NCBI RefSeq assembly: GCF_963921235.1
Contig: NC_086097.1
Location: 18,044,001 to 18,108,000, forward strand
Reading direction: 5' to 3'
Length of the DNA stretch: 64,000 nucleotides
DNA from: Mobula hypostoma
Lineage: Eukaryota
Shown here: positions 62,450-64,000 of the stretch, one piece after another
Position numbering within the stretch: position 1 is the first letter of the stretch
Layout: each line of letters begins with the position of its first letter
Program-made: the position numbers and the translations under genes
Notes under the pieces: model-generated
What the model was told of the DNA's origin: nothing
The model's input: only the letters and a program-made list of their open reading frames with translations
Databases searched by the model: none

Positions 62450-64000
62450 CAGAATCAGAATCAGAATCTGGATTATTATCACTGGCATGTGACATGAAAT
62501 TTGTTAACTTAGCAGCAGCAGTTCAATGCAATACGTAATATAGAAGAGATAAAATAAAATAAACAATAATAAATAAATAAATTACAGTATGCGTATATTG
62601 AATAGGTTTTAAAAATTGTGCAAAAAGCAGAAATATTGTATATTAAAAAGTAAGGTAGTGTCCAAGGATTTAATGTCCATTTAGGAATCAGATGACAGAG
62701 AGGAAGAAGCTGTTCCTGAATTGCTGAGTGTGTGTCTTCAGGCTTCTGTACCTCCTACCTGATGGTAACAATGAGAAAAGGGCATGCCCTGGGTGATGGA
62801 AGTCCTTAATAATGGATGCTGCCTTTCTGAGACACTGCACCCTGAAGTTGTCCTGGGTACTTTGTAGGCTAGTACCCAAGATGGAGCTGACTAGATTTAC
62901 AACCCTCTGCAGCTGCTTTTGGTCCTGTGCAGTAGCCCCTCCGTACCAGACAGTGATGCAGCCTGTCAGAATGCTCTCCATGGTACATTTATAGAAGTTT
63001 CTGAGTGTACTTGTTGACATGCCATATCTCTTCAAAGTCCTAATGAAGTATAGCCGCTGTCTTGCCTTCTTCATAACTATCGATATGCTGGTACCAAGTT
63101 AGATCCTCAGAGATCTTGACACCCAGGAACTTGAAGCTGCTCACTCTCTCCACTTCTGATCCCTCTATGAGGATTGGTATGTGTTCCTTCGACTTACCCT
63201 TCCTGAAGTCCACAATCAGCTCTTTCGTCTTACTGACGTTGAGTGCCAGGTTGTTGCTGTGGCACCACTCCACTAGCTGGCATATCTCACTCCTGTGTGC
63301 CCTCTTGTCACCACCTGAGATTCTACCAACAATGGTTGTATCGTCCGCAAATTTATAGATGGTATTTGAGCTATGCCTACCAACACAGTCATGTGTATAT
63401 AGAGAGTAGAGCAGTGGGCTAAGCACACATCCCTGAGGTGCACAAGGTGCACCCCTGAGGTTGATCATCAGCTAGGAGGATATGTTATCACCAATCAACA
63501 CAGGTTGTGGTCTTCCGGTTAGGAAGTTAAGGATCCAACTGCAGAGGGAGGTACAGAGGTCTAGGTTCTGCAGCTTCTCAATTAAGATTGTAGGAATGAT
63601 GGGATTAAATGCTAAGCTATATTCACCGAACAGCATCCTGACATAGGTACTTGTGTTGTCCAGGTGGTCTAAAGCTGTGTGGAGAGCCATTGAGATTGCA
63701 TCTGCCATTGACCTATTGTGGCAATAGGCAAATTGCAATGGGTCCAGGTCCTTGCTGAGGCAGGAGTTCAGTCTAGTCATAACCAACCTCTCAAAGCATT
63801 TCATCACTGTAGATGTGAGTGTTACCAGGTGATAGTCATTAAGGAAGCTCACATTATTTTTCTTGGTCACATATAATTGTTGCCTTTTTGAAGTGAGTGG
63901 AAACTTCCACCCATAGTAGTGAGATGTTGAAAATATCCTTGAATACTCTCACTAGTTGTTTGGCACAGGTTTTCAAAGCCTAACCAGGTACTCCTTCCGG
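62450..64000 (-). mobile_element. Rex-Babar LINE running off the window end
   Basis: [49 protein letters not shown]; (ttctga)n tail at ~62450-62470. Confidence 0.92.

Overview
Vertebrate genomic DNA. The repeat content (CR1 LINEs, V-SINEs, Rex-Babar LINEs, abundant Penelope-like termini) points to a cartilaginous fish, probably a ray; this is an inference. The only host gene I can identify confidently is the 3' end of ISCA2 (+ strand, exons 2090-2205 and 3877-4051). Most of the remaining ~60 kb is nested, decayed transposable elements: CR1, Rex-Babar, a young 5'-truncated L1 with a 17-bp TSD, two decayed Gypsy proviruses, two solo LTRs, Tc1 and hAT MITEs, and tRNA/CORE, V and RTE-derived SINEs. 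The most interesting signal is in the Penelope-like (PLE) terminal repeats. They carry minimal type-I hammerhead ribozyme motifs, with three intact copies (1158-1193, 11437-11472, 11942-11977) and many decayed ones. Two internally deleted, terminally redundant mini-PLEs (9700-10245 and the TSD-flanked 10975-11571) have junctions within a few nt of the predicted self-cleavage site and look like retrozyme-type non-autonomous elements. Weak minus-strand exon candidates at 8.2-11 kb are unassigned. Repeat boundaries without a stated TSD are approximate and were read by eye.
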